This document shows, piece by piece, positions 36,464-47,976 of a stretch of 64,000 nucleotides of DNA. The stretch covers positions 623,919 to 687,918 of the forward strand of contig CBFDEM010000001.1 of assembly GCA_965603825.1 (NCBI GenBank), written 5' to 3'. This DNA is from Blepharisma stoltei ATCC 30299. Lineage: Eukaryota; Protista; Ciliophora. A program made the position numbers and the translations under genes. Within the stretch, counting starts at the first letter, position 1, and every line of letters starts with the position of its first letter. Under the pieces are notes generated by a model. It was not told the origin of the DNA. It searched no databases and saw only the letters and a program-made list of their open reading frames with translations.

Positions 36464-39043
36464 CTAAATTCTGCATAGTTTGAAAGTGATATCAGCACTT
36501 AAAGAAGCGAACTCAAGTTTTTTATTGTTGAGAAACTGAAGAGAGTCGACTGCATTAGAATGATATTTTATTTCTTTAATCAGAGTGCCTTTCCAAGTAT
36601 TCCATACTTTGACGCAGCCATTTAAGCATCCAGTAATCAAATAATTCCCACATAAAGACACAGCCAATGAAGGTATCATCCGATCATCAACTTGAATTTC
36701 TAAAATTGTCCATTGCGCTTCAATATCCCAAAGTATAACTTGCCCACCTTTATCTGCTGAAACTAGATAATTTACAGACTGAACGAAGCTCACACATGAT
36801 AAATTCTGCTTATGGCCATCCAAAGCCAACAAATTTCTGCTAGCAAGTTCTCACAAAAGCAGTTTTTTATTATTACTTGCTGTAGCCAGATATTTCCCAC
36901 ATGGTGAAAACTTGATACAAGTTATCAATTCTGCGCTGCATTTTAAAAAAAAATAATTTGACGGAGCTGTCAGGTCCCAAACCTTAACTTCTCCGTTAGA
37001 TTGCCCAGTCGCGATAATTTTGTCGTTAAAAGTTACATCAATTGCAGAAACTTGAATACTTCCCAATATAAATTCTTTCAAAAGATACTGATTTTCGATA
37101 TCCCAAACAGTGATATAATTCCTCGAGCACAATGATATAAGGAAATTCCCAAGTTTCAGAAATTTGACATAAATAATTATTCCTTTGTTGCTTTTGAGCT
37201 TAAATTTGTTTTTCATTGTCTCAGCATCTGTAATCATGATTAAATCTGAGGTGTCTGCAACTGCAATATATTTTCCATCATAAGAAAAAGATATAGAGGA
37301 GATTTCATTGTACAAAATAGGATATTCCTCTAAAGTTCTAATGTCTAAAATTTCTATTGATTTTTCTGATATATCTGATTTCTTTACCGCTATATATTTT
37401 CCATTAGGAGAATAACAGACTGACAACATGCTGAAAAGTTGCTCATTGAATCATTTGAATTCTGAGTGACTAACTAAAAACTTGATGAATACCTGCTGTT
37501 CAGAGTAAGAGTAACCTCTCATTGAAGGTCTTAATATGTGCAAAGGATGATACTCTTTTCTAATTTCTTTATTTAGACGTCCAATTTCTAGATCTCAAGT
37601 TCTGATAACTAGATCGTCACAGCTAGATATTAAATATTTTGAGCATGGAGAAAAGGAAACAGTCCTTACAGGATCAGGATGGCTGAATAGCCATTTGCGG
37701 GAACTTATATTATCTACATAAGAAACTATTGCAGAATTGTGATGAGTTCCAAAGGCAAAGTATTTTCCACAAGAAGAAAACGCAACTGAGTCCACACTAT
37801 CTTTTGCATAGTTTATGCAGTAAGTTAGCATATATGTTTCAAGATTCCAAATTCTTAAACTCTCATCATAGCTTCCAGTTGCTACGAAATTTCCGTCCGG
37901 TGATATAGCTATTGAAGAAATGGTGTCTGTGTGGCCCGATAATTTAATAAATTGCTTTTTACCCTGAATGTCTCATAAATTTAGTATGTAATTGTTATCA
38001 GCTACAGCAAGGAGAGTTCCATCTTTTGAAAAAGAAATTGCACTAATATTTGCATTGTGCTTGAATTCTTGGAATTTAAGGCCTGTTTTAATATCATGCA
38101 TAATCACATTATCGCAGCAATCATAAGCTAGATAATTACCACAAAATGAGAAAGCGACAGAATTGACAGGATATGTGCTTATAACTGGTGGAAGCTGCAC
38201 AAACCAAGCATCTGATAAATCACAGTTGCGGAAATTAGAATCATATATATTTGCATACGAAAAATTGACTCGTTTTAAGTTGCTTCCTTGGAAATCTGTA
38301 TTTATTATGAGTGCTTCTGATAAATCTGCACCTTCAATTTGAATGCCTCTGAAATCTTTATCTATAAAATTATATTTGGAGTAATTTAAGATAGTTATAG
38401 CGTTGCTGGCTGCATATTTCACTTTTTTAGTAATTTTTGATTGCAAAATAATGCCTAAAAGCTTTTCTCTAAGCACATCAGTCATTATATCTTTGAAGCA
38501 GCCTAAAAAGTCTTTGTGGTTTATGAAATTGATTTTATTGATATAACTTTTCACTAATGAGGAAGGACTGACTATTTGGAGAATATGATCACTTAGAGAT
38601 CTGGCAAGCTTATGATTAAGCTCATTATGTCTATAGATGACACCAGAGCAAATCGCATTTGGGAATAGAAACTCGTGCTTGACTGCATAGCAGGAATTTT
38701 GTAGATCATAGCTTGCATGAATTTTTCGTTTTGGCCAATTGAGAGAAAAAACTAGGAGTTCAGCATACTTGATAATATATGCTAAAAGCCTGCTAGTATT
38801 ATCAGTGATTTTCTTATAATATGGGATCTCGTAGCACTTGCTTGATATCATATCATCATTGTTGCAACTATTGATAGGTGAGTAATTTCTTGGAAGCAAG
38901 CATACGCTTTTATGTTGGATTTTGCTTGGATCTTCTAAGTGCTTCATAAAATGCTCCTTGCAAAGTAAATGCTCATTTTCTACGCACACACAAACGAAAG
39001 CAGGAAAATTTTTACAGCTCTTTATTTCACATTGCAAGGGCAT
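36464..39043 (-). CDS. Zn-finger - pentapeptide repeat - WD40 protein 3 (~859 aa), divergent paralog
   Basis: Same N-terminal C/H spacing; AASNAITIL...IEGADLS...pentapeptides...WFVQLP; many WD40 repeats (GHTDTISS, FSPCGKYL); four ORF pieces in one frame. Confidence 0.87.
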
Positions 39044-39175
39044 ATTTGTTTTAGATTCAGAAATGAATAATTATTGTAACTTAAAGGAGAAATCCACTGA
39101 ACACTTTTGGCGAAATAATTCATTTAATTAAATCTTTAATAGAAAATAACTCACAAATAATCGAAATTTATTATC

Positions 39176-41413
39176 ATGGAACCAAGTTATGATCTCTCCC
39201 AAGACAACACCCTCGTCCTTTGCCGATTCAGGCCTCACAATGACTTTGAGCGAGAATTCTCTAGTAAAGAAATCGTGGAAATTGCCCAAGACAGCCAATC
39301 AGTGACTATCTTCCAAACAAAAGAAAAAGGAGAGCCACTCTCCTTTCCCTTTGACTACGTTTTTGATGAAAACGACACCCAGTCCACTGTATATGAAAAG
39401 GCTGCTCGGCCAATTGTAGATGGTGTAATGGAAGGCGTAAACGGCACAATTTTCGCATATGGGCAAACCTCAGGAGGTAAAACCTACACAATGACAGGTC
39501 CAAATTTTGAAGACCCAGTTGATATGGGATTAATTCCACGAATGATCACCAATGTTTTTTACCAAATCGAGAACTCCTTAGAACACTTGGAATTCACCGT
39601 AAGAGTCTCTTACAGTGAAATTTATATGGAAAAAATCAGAGATCTCCTTGCACCTGAGCATGACAATTTAAAGATAAGAGAAAATAAAATCATGGGTGTC
39701 TATGTGGAAGGAATAACAGAAAGTTACACTTCTACAGGAGATGAAGTGTTTGAATGAATGAAATACGGCACAAAAAACAGGACAGTTGGGGCGAACAATA
39801 TGAATATGAAGTCATCAAGGTCCCATGCAATTTTTTCTATGACTGTAAGCCAGACAAATAAGCTGGACTATACTACAAGGATAGCTAAACTTCATATGGT
39901 TGACTTGGCAGGGTCTGAAAAAGTATCAAAAACTGGAGCGGAAGGTCTCAGACTTGAAGAAGCGAAATTAATAAATAAATCGCTGACAACTCTAGGGATC
40001 GTCATTACTGCTCTTACAGAGTCCAAAAAGAGCCACGTTCCTTATAGATCTTCTAAGTTAACTCGGCTTCTTCAGCAGTCTCTTGGAGGAAATGGGAAAA
40101 TGTCTCTGATTATCTGCTGTTCTCCATCACTTTATAACGAGCAAGAAACAATCAGTTCGCTGAGGTTTGGAGCTCGAGCCAAACTTATTAAAAATACCCC
40201 AAAAGTAAATAGAGAATACACCCTTGCAGAGCTAAAGCTACTTTTAGCACAAGCAAGAGAAGAAATCAGGAGAAAAGACAAACGAATCAAAGTCCTTGAA
40301 GACCTTCTGAGACAAGCTGGAATTGCAATCCCAGAAATGGTTGATTTAGATGAAAGCGATTTTGAGGACGAATACAGAGATGGAGCCTATGCAGATGTGA
40401 TACAAGAGCTAGAAGATCTTAGGTCTAGGCTTTCAGAAGAAGTGGAAAATAGCTTGAAACTTAAAGAAGACGTAAAAGAAGCACAGACAGAGTCTGAAGA
40501 GTATAAAAGTGTCTATAGTGTCATGGAGCAACATATCAAATATATGGACTCCCAAATTAAAAATTTCGAAAATTCTCAAAAAGAAAAAGAAGATCTTATT
40601 GAAAAATTGACTGTTGGCAAAGAGTCATATGAGGCTGAGCTGTCTGCTATAACTACAAAAATGCTTGAGCAAGAACAAAAATTAAATGAAAGAGAAGTAG
40701 AAATAGAAATCCTAAAAAATAAGCTAAAAAACATGAAAGGTGATGTGGTACAACAGCAAAGGACTGAAGAAGACCAAAGGAATGAGGTGAAAAAAGAAAT
40801 TTATAGAAAATATACAGTAAGCCATCAGCTTCCTCCTATTAAAGAGTCTACTATTGAGTCAGTCAGTGATGAAGTCTACGATGAGCAGAAGTGACGAGAA
40901 GAAAAAAGAAAAATGATAAGAGACTTACAAAAACGTATATCTCAAGTTGTAGACCTCGAACTTGCCCTTGAAGAAGCTCGAGAAAACTATGCCACTTTAG
41001 AACTTACTATGTCTGAAGGAGAAAGAGCACTTAAAAAGAAAACTGATGTGCTTGAGCGAAATCTAGAACAACTAACACTAATGTACCATCAGCTAGCAAG
41101 CCAAAAATCAGCACTATCTGTAGACAAACAAGTCGCTGAAAGAAAAAGCCAAAGACTTCAAGAAAAAATAAGGATTCTTGAAGATCAGCTGAAAAAGGCC
41201 AATGTAGAGCTTGATAAATGCCAGCGCGAAATTAAATATTTAACAGAAACTTTTGAAAAGACCTCAAAACTAAGCATGCTAGGAAGCTCAGGCGGACTTG
41301 GAGCTATTGTCCCCAGTGGAAGAATCCGAAAATCAATTAAAGGTGGAGTTGGTTCTTTTAAGCCTCAAATCCCTGAAGTCACAAGAAATTACTCAGTTTC
41401 AATCAATATGTAA
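39176..41413 (+). CDS. Kinesin heavy chain (kinesin-1/KIF5-like, ~745 aa)
   Basis: RFRP, FAYGQTSGGKT, SSRSH, DLAGSE, HVPYRSSKLT; coiled-coil tail ending in an IRKSIKGG (IAK-like) motif; TGA at 39755 and 40892 read through. Confidence 0.92.
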
Positions 41414-41427
41414 AATTAGGCGGCTTC

Positions 41428-43092
41428 TTAAAGTAAATAAGTATGTGCTGAATCTCCTCTTGTTCTTCCTTGTGTGTGTTTAAATGGAATTCTAAGTAAA
41501 GCTTACACAACGCTAATGTCAGCTTTTTTTTCAGTCTCTTTTGTAATGGTTGCTTCGGAAACGTAGCCTCTCATGATCACTAAAAGAGTGTCAAATCCTG
41601 CCAGAGAAACGCCAAATCTTGTTATGTCTTTTATGATGCGGTTGAATGACCGTCGTTTTAGCTTCCCGCTCCTGGCTCGGAATATTTTGTCTAGATCTAG
41701 GCTTGATAATGATTTTGTTATAAAACTGATTTTATAGCATAGAGATATGCATCTCGCGTTTGAGTCCTGAGTAAAGGGTACAGTTACTGATAAAGATAAA
41801 TTGATAGCTCCAGGCTCACAATGGTTTAAAGCAAACTCTATTAGGCAGCGGATAAGCATAGAGTGCTTTTCGGAATCCCCAAGGACATAGGGAGGCAGAC
41901 TTGGAGATTTTGAGAGCTCGACGAATGAATTGATTTTGTCTGTCCTTAAAGATAGCTCCTATATTGTAATTACATCAATAATGCCTTTTACTTCTTTTTC
42001 TGGAGAAAAATTTTCACTTGAAAATTCGAATTTCCCATAGAATTGAGACTGCAGCACAAAAACCGACTGAAATCGGTATAGCACGTCTTTAGAGAACGCC
42101 ATAAGTTCTTTGCAAGGGGATTGAGACTGGCAGCAAAATTTTCTGAGCTCGAAATTCAGTACATCCAGCTTCGATCCAAAATCTTTATACAGCGAAGTCA
42201 AAAGTTTCCTTTGTTTGAAAAACTCTGAAATATCAGAAATACAAATAACAATGCATTCATCGTTATTTCACCTCAGTAATGAGGAAAACAATTGCAGACC
42301 CTCTACATCATTTTCATTTATAATCGAAATTTCTTCAAGCGTCAAGTCTTTTTTGTATGTTTTTTGCAGAAAAGCCTTAATTTTATACTGGTTGTCTTCG
42401 TCAAATAATTTCTCGAATGGCTTTCCCTTAATATCCTTACTTGATAAAATTACTGACGCTTGTTTATTGTGATCCAAAACTTTCCAATTTTTCCCAAGAA
42501 AAACAATTCCGCAAGGGAAGTTTTCTAGGAGTCCTTTTAAATCTTCCTGGAATTTGTCATCGTCTGCAATCTTGTAGTAAAATTCTCTTAATGCATTTTC
42601 TATATGTAATGCAAAGAAAAAAAAAGTGACGCAAGCGATGACGATCCCTATAACGTCAAACTCAAAGCACAGTAATAATATCAATAATTTCAAAAGAAAA
42701 GTGACGATCCACTTATATGGTTCACGAGCTGATAAAAAAACTAAATTAAAATTACCAAGAACCAAGCATGGGACGAAATAGAGACAGCTGCTTAATATAT
42801 TCGGTTTGTATTGAAGTCAAAAGCTGGCAGTTAAATAGGGAATCTGAGTTAAAATCCATGACTTTGAAGAATAATTGCGTAGCAAATACACAAATATCGC
42901 GGAAGTTGTGTAATAAATTGCAGCTGATAAATCAATATCTTCTTTAAGAGCAAGTGTAAAGAAAATTGGAATATTAAGCAGAATAATTGTATAGCTTCAT
43001 GGAATCAGTTGTTCATTCACTTTATTTTCATAGTCTTTGAATTTTAGATTGTTTTGTAAGAACTGAAAAGAGATGTCTAGGAATTTATCCAT
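41428..43092 (-). CDS. Multi-TM + PAS + degenerate HATPase-like protein (putative pseudo-histidine kinase, ~544 aa, two 15-nt introns)
   Basis: ATG 43092; TM helices; PAS-like LLENFPCGIVFL...HNKQA; LPPYVLGDSEKHSMLIRCLIEFALNHCEPGAINL aligns by eye to LPxxVxxDxxRLxQILxNLLxNAxKFTxxGxI. The 3' end is 41503 if the second intron is not used. Confidence 0.62.
41492..41506 (-). other. Probable 15-nt intron (gtaagctttacttag)
   Basis: Matches the consensus, overlaps the apparent TAA, and extends the protein to ...SVVIPFK...TAA at 41428. Confidence 0.65.
41959..41973 (-). other. 15-nt intron (gtaattacaatatag)
   Basis: Removes an in-frame TAG and joins two same-frame ORFs; A at position 10. Confidence 0.82.
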
Positions 43093-44176
43093 TTATTATT
43101 AGAAAGTAATTAAATAAATGTCTGGCTCAGATTTTAAATTGATTATCTCACAAAATATTGAAAAATGAAGAATGGGAGGATTGGATAGTTTTGTTTAAAT
43201 AATTTGGCATTAGTGGTCTAAACTGCGATTAAATGAGATTTTAATGTCATTGAGCATTTAGTGCCCTATTTTAATAACCGCATAAATTAGCAATTGGTAA
43301 AAACTGATAGAAGGAATTCTCTTAAGACCTTGCGTAAAAATACCTAAATATTGGGGAATAGGTTGCTATTGATTTTGAATTATGAGAATCTGAAGAATTT
43401 TGTGTTCTATACTGAATTGGCCTACTGATGCATTTAAATATTTTAGCATATTTATTTTTGAATATTATGACAGAATTATTTATGGGAATTGATATAGCCA
43501 TGAAAACAATGAACTAGGTATTATTAAGTGATTTTCATCTATTACGCTATCCATTTTTTTGAAATTTATTTTTGATCTCATTGAGAAGAGGTTTTTAAGT
43601 CTAAAAGTAACCTATTATTGTTTTTGTTTTTTTAAGTTGTTTGAGTATTAACCTAAACACATTCACTTTGATAATGCAGGGAATAAAATTGTCTAATTTA
43701 AACAGAATTTTTTAATTCAGAATTAAAGAAAACAGAATTTGGAAATCTATTAAATTTGAATTTTGAAATCTATTTAATTTTAATTTAGAATGCTAAAGAT
43801 TGAAATTGATAAGAAAAATACTTTTTTAACTAATATTCATGTTTTCATCTAATTTTCAAAGTTTTTTTTTCAAATTCTTCAATAGTTAATTACAATTTTT
43901 CAAAAAGAAATTTTTAGAAACTGGAGTGCATTAATATGATTGAATTGAATAGTTATATTGAATGTATACGATGTTTGCTAAAGTAAATTATATTTAAACT
44001 CGTTTTTGCATTTAGAGTGCGATGATTCTTAGCAGGCATTATAATGATAAAGCTGTTTACATTAGAAGTAATATAAATACAGCCTTAGGGCAATTTCCTT
44101 ATTAATTAATGATGAACTACTCTGCATATTCTGAAGCCAGGTTTAAAATAAAATTAAGATTCAATTAAGTTAATTA

Positions 44177-45064
44177 TTATTCGAAATGAATAATTGACCT
44201 GTCATTCAAAGGCTGCGCTTCTCTATAGTTTCCTTTCCCTCCAGCAAAGCTATGGTTTCCACTCCAATGCCGTGTGAAAAACTCCAGCTGCTCACTATTG
44301 ATTGAGTTCAGATGAGGATTCAAAAACCAAAGTACAGGCTCAAACAAAGGAGGAGTAGTCAATGACCCTTCATAGAAATACAAGCATTTCATCTTCGGGA
44401 TCATCAAATTCATATCGATAGAAGTAGGCTCTGCCTCGCTTCTGATCACATTTTCCAAGAATGGGTTTGCTCTGCCATCATTTCTAAAGAAAAACCCAAA
44501 CACAAGGAGATTTGATGGATTCGACCTTTCTTTATGCACAACGTGTAGCTCAAGGTCATATCTCTGCCCATATAACAAGTGCTCGCTGCTTGCATGGAAG
44601 TGAAACTGCGCAATGTCGAAAATACGAGGGTTTTCTTCAAACAGCGAGTTTACTAGAAGGCTGCCAAAGTTTCCTCTCACAATGAAGGTTCTTGGGTTGA
44701 ACTCCCCTTTGGCTGTATGTGGAGAATAATTGATGTTGAGGGGGAAATACCAGCGGTTCTTTAAGATGTCGGAGGCGTTAATGATTGCGTGGGGGTCTAT
44801 GTTGATTGGAGATTGATGAGGACCACATGGCCATTCATGCGCCCATTCAGCTTCTTTATGTTCGCCATACTCCCACTCGTCTTCTTCTGGAAATTTTCCA
44901 GTTTGAGTTTGGTGATGGCCGAGTAACGTCAAAAGTCTTAAAACATTGTTAACCTTGGATTCGTTGGTAAGCTTTGCAGAGTCCAATTTTTGCCTAAGAG
45001 CTTGGTTTATTTCTACGTGTGCTGCCTCACGTCCATGATCTTTGTGGTGGTGCCCGTGTTCCAT
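44177..45064 (-). CDS. Alpha-carbonic anhydrase (copy 1)
   Basis: QSPINI, QFHFH, SEH, ELHVVH, YEGSLTTPP, NYREAQPLNDR. Confidence 0.93.
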   Translation of the reverse strand: MEHGHHHKDHGREAAHVEINQALRQKLDSAKLTNESKVNNVLRLLTLLGHHQTQTGKFPEEDEWEYGEHKEAEWAHEWPCGPHQSPINIDPHAIINASDILKNRWYFPLNINYSPHTAKGEFNPRTFIVRGNFGSLLVNSLFEENPRIFDIAQFHFHASSEHLLYGQRYDLELHVVHKERSNPSNLLVFGFFFRNDGRANPFLENVIRSEAEPTSIDMNLMIPKMKCLYFYEGSLTTPPLFEPVLWFLNPHLNSINSEQLEFFTRHWSGNHSFAGGKGNYREAQPLNDRSIIHFE

Positions 45065-45501
45065 GATTGATTATAAGCCAATGCTAAAATGGCTGATTAA
45101 GTTCTAAGAAATAAAAGAAGCTATCAAATTTCATTTGAGTCGATTTTTCTTGGATATAAACAGGCAATGCTGAGACAGAGAAAATAAAGTTTGATCAATC
45201 AAAAAAACATCAATTAAACTCTTAAATTGCGATCTGAAGAGGAGTAGAAGAAAGTATTTTGGAATTATACATTTCGATTTGTGCAATAAAAGTCCCCAAA
45301 AATAATACATATATATAAATTGTTGTTAGGCACAATAATTTCAAAAGCATACGGTTTATAAGGAATAAGAAAATTTATCGAATAATTCAATTTACTTAAA
45401 TGAGCATGAGAAAGTGATTTTGAAAAGCTGTTTGTGTATTCAAGCCCAAAATATCAAATGATGTTAACAGTAGAAGAGCAACTAATGTCTCTCTTACTTA
45501 A

Positions 45502-46392
45502 TTATTCAAAATAAATTACTGCTCTCCCATTTGGTGGCTGAAGCTCTCTATAATTTCCTTTCCCTCCCGCAAAGGCAGGATTCATCCCCCACTGCCTTGC
45601 GAAAAATTCCAGCTGCTCTCTATTCACCGACAGAACATGTCCAACTACAAACCAAAGCACAGTCTCAAACGCAGGCGGTGTCGTCAGCGATCCTTCATAA
45701 TAAAACACTCCTGACTTCTGCGGAATTAATAAATTCATATCTATATAAGTTGGCTCCAAAGAGCTTCTTATCACCTGATCAATAAATGGGTTTCTGACTC
45801 CATCCTCTTTAAATACGAACCCAAGCACAGCAATATTATTAGTATTGCTCCTTTCCTTATGAACTACATGCATTTCTAAATCATATCTCCGACCGTTCAG
45901 TAAATGTTCAGAAGGTGCATGAAAGTGAAACTGAGCCTCATCAAAAATTCTTGACTGGTCCTGATGGATAAAAGAATTAACTGCGAGGTTCCCTAAATTT
46001 CCTTGGACTATGAAAGTTTTAGCATTAAAATTCCCTTTCAGAGAAGTAGGATGGTAGTGAAGTCTAATTGGGAAATGAGGCCGATGCAGGAATTCTGCAC
46101 TTTTAAAAGTGATGTCAGGGTCAATGTTGATAGGAGATTGGAAATAGCCGATGTGGCAGATCCTACACCATTCAGCTTCGTGATGAGCTCCGTACTCCCA
46201 TTCATCTTCTTCAGGCCAACGCCCAGTTTGGGTTTGGTGAAAATCCAGCGCTCTTAGGGGCTTTACTACAGCTTCAAGCTGATTTGGGTTCATAAAACTA
46301 TTTGGCTTAATTTTTGCTTCAACTGCCAATCTATGCTGGTCAGTATCATTATAATTATAGCTTGGGTAAGGAATATATTGGCCTTGATCCAT
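45502..46392 (-). CDS. Alpha-carbonic anhydrase (copy 2, tandem paralog)
   Basis: QSPINI, QFHFHAPSEH, EMHVVH, YEGSLTTPP, NYRELQPPNGR. Confidence 0.93.
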   Translation of the reverse strand: MDQGQYIPYPSYNYNDTDQHRLAVEAKIKPNSFMNPNQLEAVVKPLRALDFHQTQTGRWPEEDEWEYGAHHEAEWCRICHIGYFQSPINIDPDITFKSAEFLHRPHFPIRLHYHPTSLKGNFNAKTFIVQGNLGNLAVNSFIHQDQSRIFDEAQFHFHAPSEHLLNGRRYDLEMHVVHKERSNTNNIAVLGFVFKEDGVRNPFIDQVIRSSLEPTYIDMNLLIPQKSGVFYYEGSLTTPPAFETVLWFVVGHVLSVNREQLEFFARQWGMNPAFAGGKGNYRELQPPNGRAVIYFE

Positions 46393-46527
46393 TTATACCT
46401 TTATCTTGTTAAGATAAATTACCATTTATTCGACAAACCAATTTTCCTCTATTTCGTTAAAATTCGCTTTATTTTATGAATAAATTATGATAAGTCAGCT
46501 GATTATTCTCTTTAATATTCTATCCAA

Positions 46528-47901
46528 TTAATTTATAAAACTTCCAACCCATTCTGAGCTTCTTGGTAGCTCTTCCCTTGTTATAATATGAAACTCATCA
46601 GCAAAAGCTAAGGGATCTCTGGCTTCTAGTTTGAGTATTAAGTCCATTCTTTCCATACATACAAAAGTGCTGTTCAAGAAGTTGTACAAGTGGTTGGCAT
46701 CTGGATTTAGTGAAAGAGCGCAGAGATAGTATCTTGCAGCATTGACATAATCTTTAGAATTGACATAAGAAATCCCTATGTTAGTCCACGTTCTCACATA
46801 GTCAGGCCTAAGCTCTAATGCTTTATAATAACATTGCAGAGCCTCTTCCCATTTTCCTTGCTTTGCTATTGAAGCTCCTAAGCGATTTCATAATGCAGCA
46901 TCATCAGGTCTCAGCAATAAAGCATCATGAAAGGAATGTTCTGCATCTATTAGCTCGTCATCCAAAAATCGAAGTACCCCTAAAGCTTGGAACAAATCTG
47001 GGTCTGTTGGATTTTTATCAATTGCGTTTGAAAATGCTGCTTTAATCCCATCTTTTGTAGGCGAAAAAGGTAATTGAATTCCGCAGTATTCAGGATGGTT
47101 TTCAAGCCAAGCTTTCAAGTAACCTAAAGCTTCGTCTTCCTCATACTCATTTGTGCAACTTATACCAAGACTCATAAGCAAGTCTAAATTATAAGGATCT
47201 ATTGCGATTCCTCTTTTCATTGCTGCTATTGCACGAACGTCTTCATCATTTTCGGCATGCAGTTTCCCTAGCATGGCCCATGCTTCAGAATTCTCAGGAT
47301 TTCTATGAAGTTCGGCTTCTAGCAATAAAATTGCTTCTGGGGTAAGCCCAGTTTTTATTTTTTCTAAAGCAGCTTCAAAAGGACTGTTTTCTTCTAAAAA
47401 TGGGTTTTCCTCGTTGAATGCATACTCCGATGACTTCTTTTCCCATTCTTTTCCTCACCTTACCAGCATTTCTTGATATTCTGGATTCGCCATATCCCAT
47501 AAAGTCTCAAATTTTTCTTCTTCTTCAGCCGTGAGCCCTTCTCATACCTTTTCAAGTTCTCCTTTTTCTTCTTCTTTCCCCATATTTCATACTTCTTCAA
47601 GGCCTTGCTCGCCCTTATTTTCCCATGCAGTTTGCATTTGGTCTTCTATTTCAGCTTGATAATTAGAGGCTTGCTGTATGTGCCACTGTGCTTCTAATTC
47701 AGCTTGGTGAGGATCCATAATCCCTGCGTCTTCTCATGCGTCTTCAAAGTGATCATGCAAATCGACATTGAATTGTGAATCTATTGTGTTCATTTGTCCA
47801 GCAATCATAAGGTTTTCCATTGCTTTCATTAGTGGATTTTGGATCATTTGACCATCTGCAGAGCATGCTGCATTTCCGAATAAGTTGTTGGGAAAGTCCA
47901 T
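46528..47901 (-). CDS. PEX5: Peroxisomal targeting signal 1 receptor (~457 aa)
   Basis: N-terminal Cys...NPL (AACSADGQMIQNPL), Trp-repeat acidic region, YAFNEENPF, TPRs (EAWAMLG...AENDED...AIAAM; LW(TGA)NRLGAS; RPDYVRTWTNIGIS). Confidence 0.88.
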
Positions 47902-47976
47902 TTATAAATTTGTAAAAAATTAGCAGTAGTTTATTATAAAATTTAAAAGAAATTCGATTGATTATAAAACATTTTA

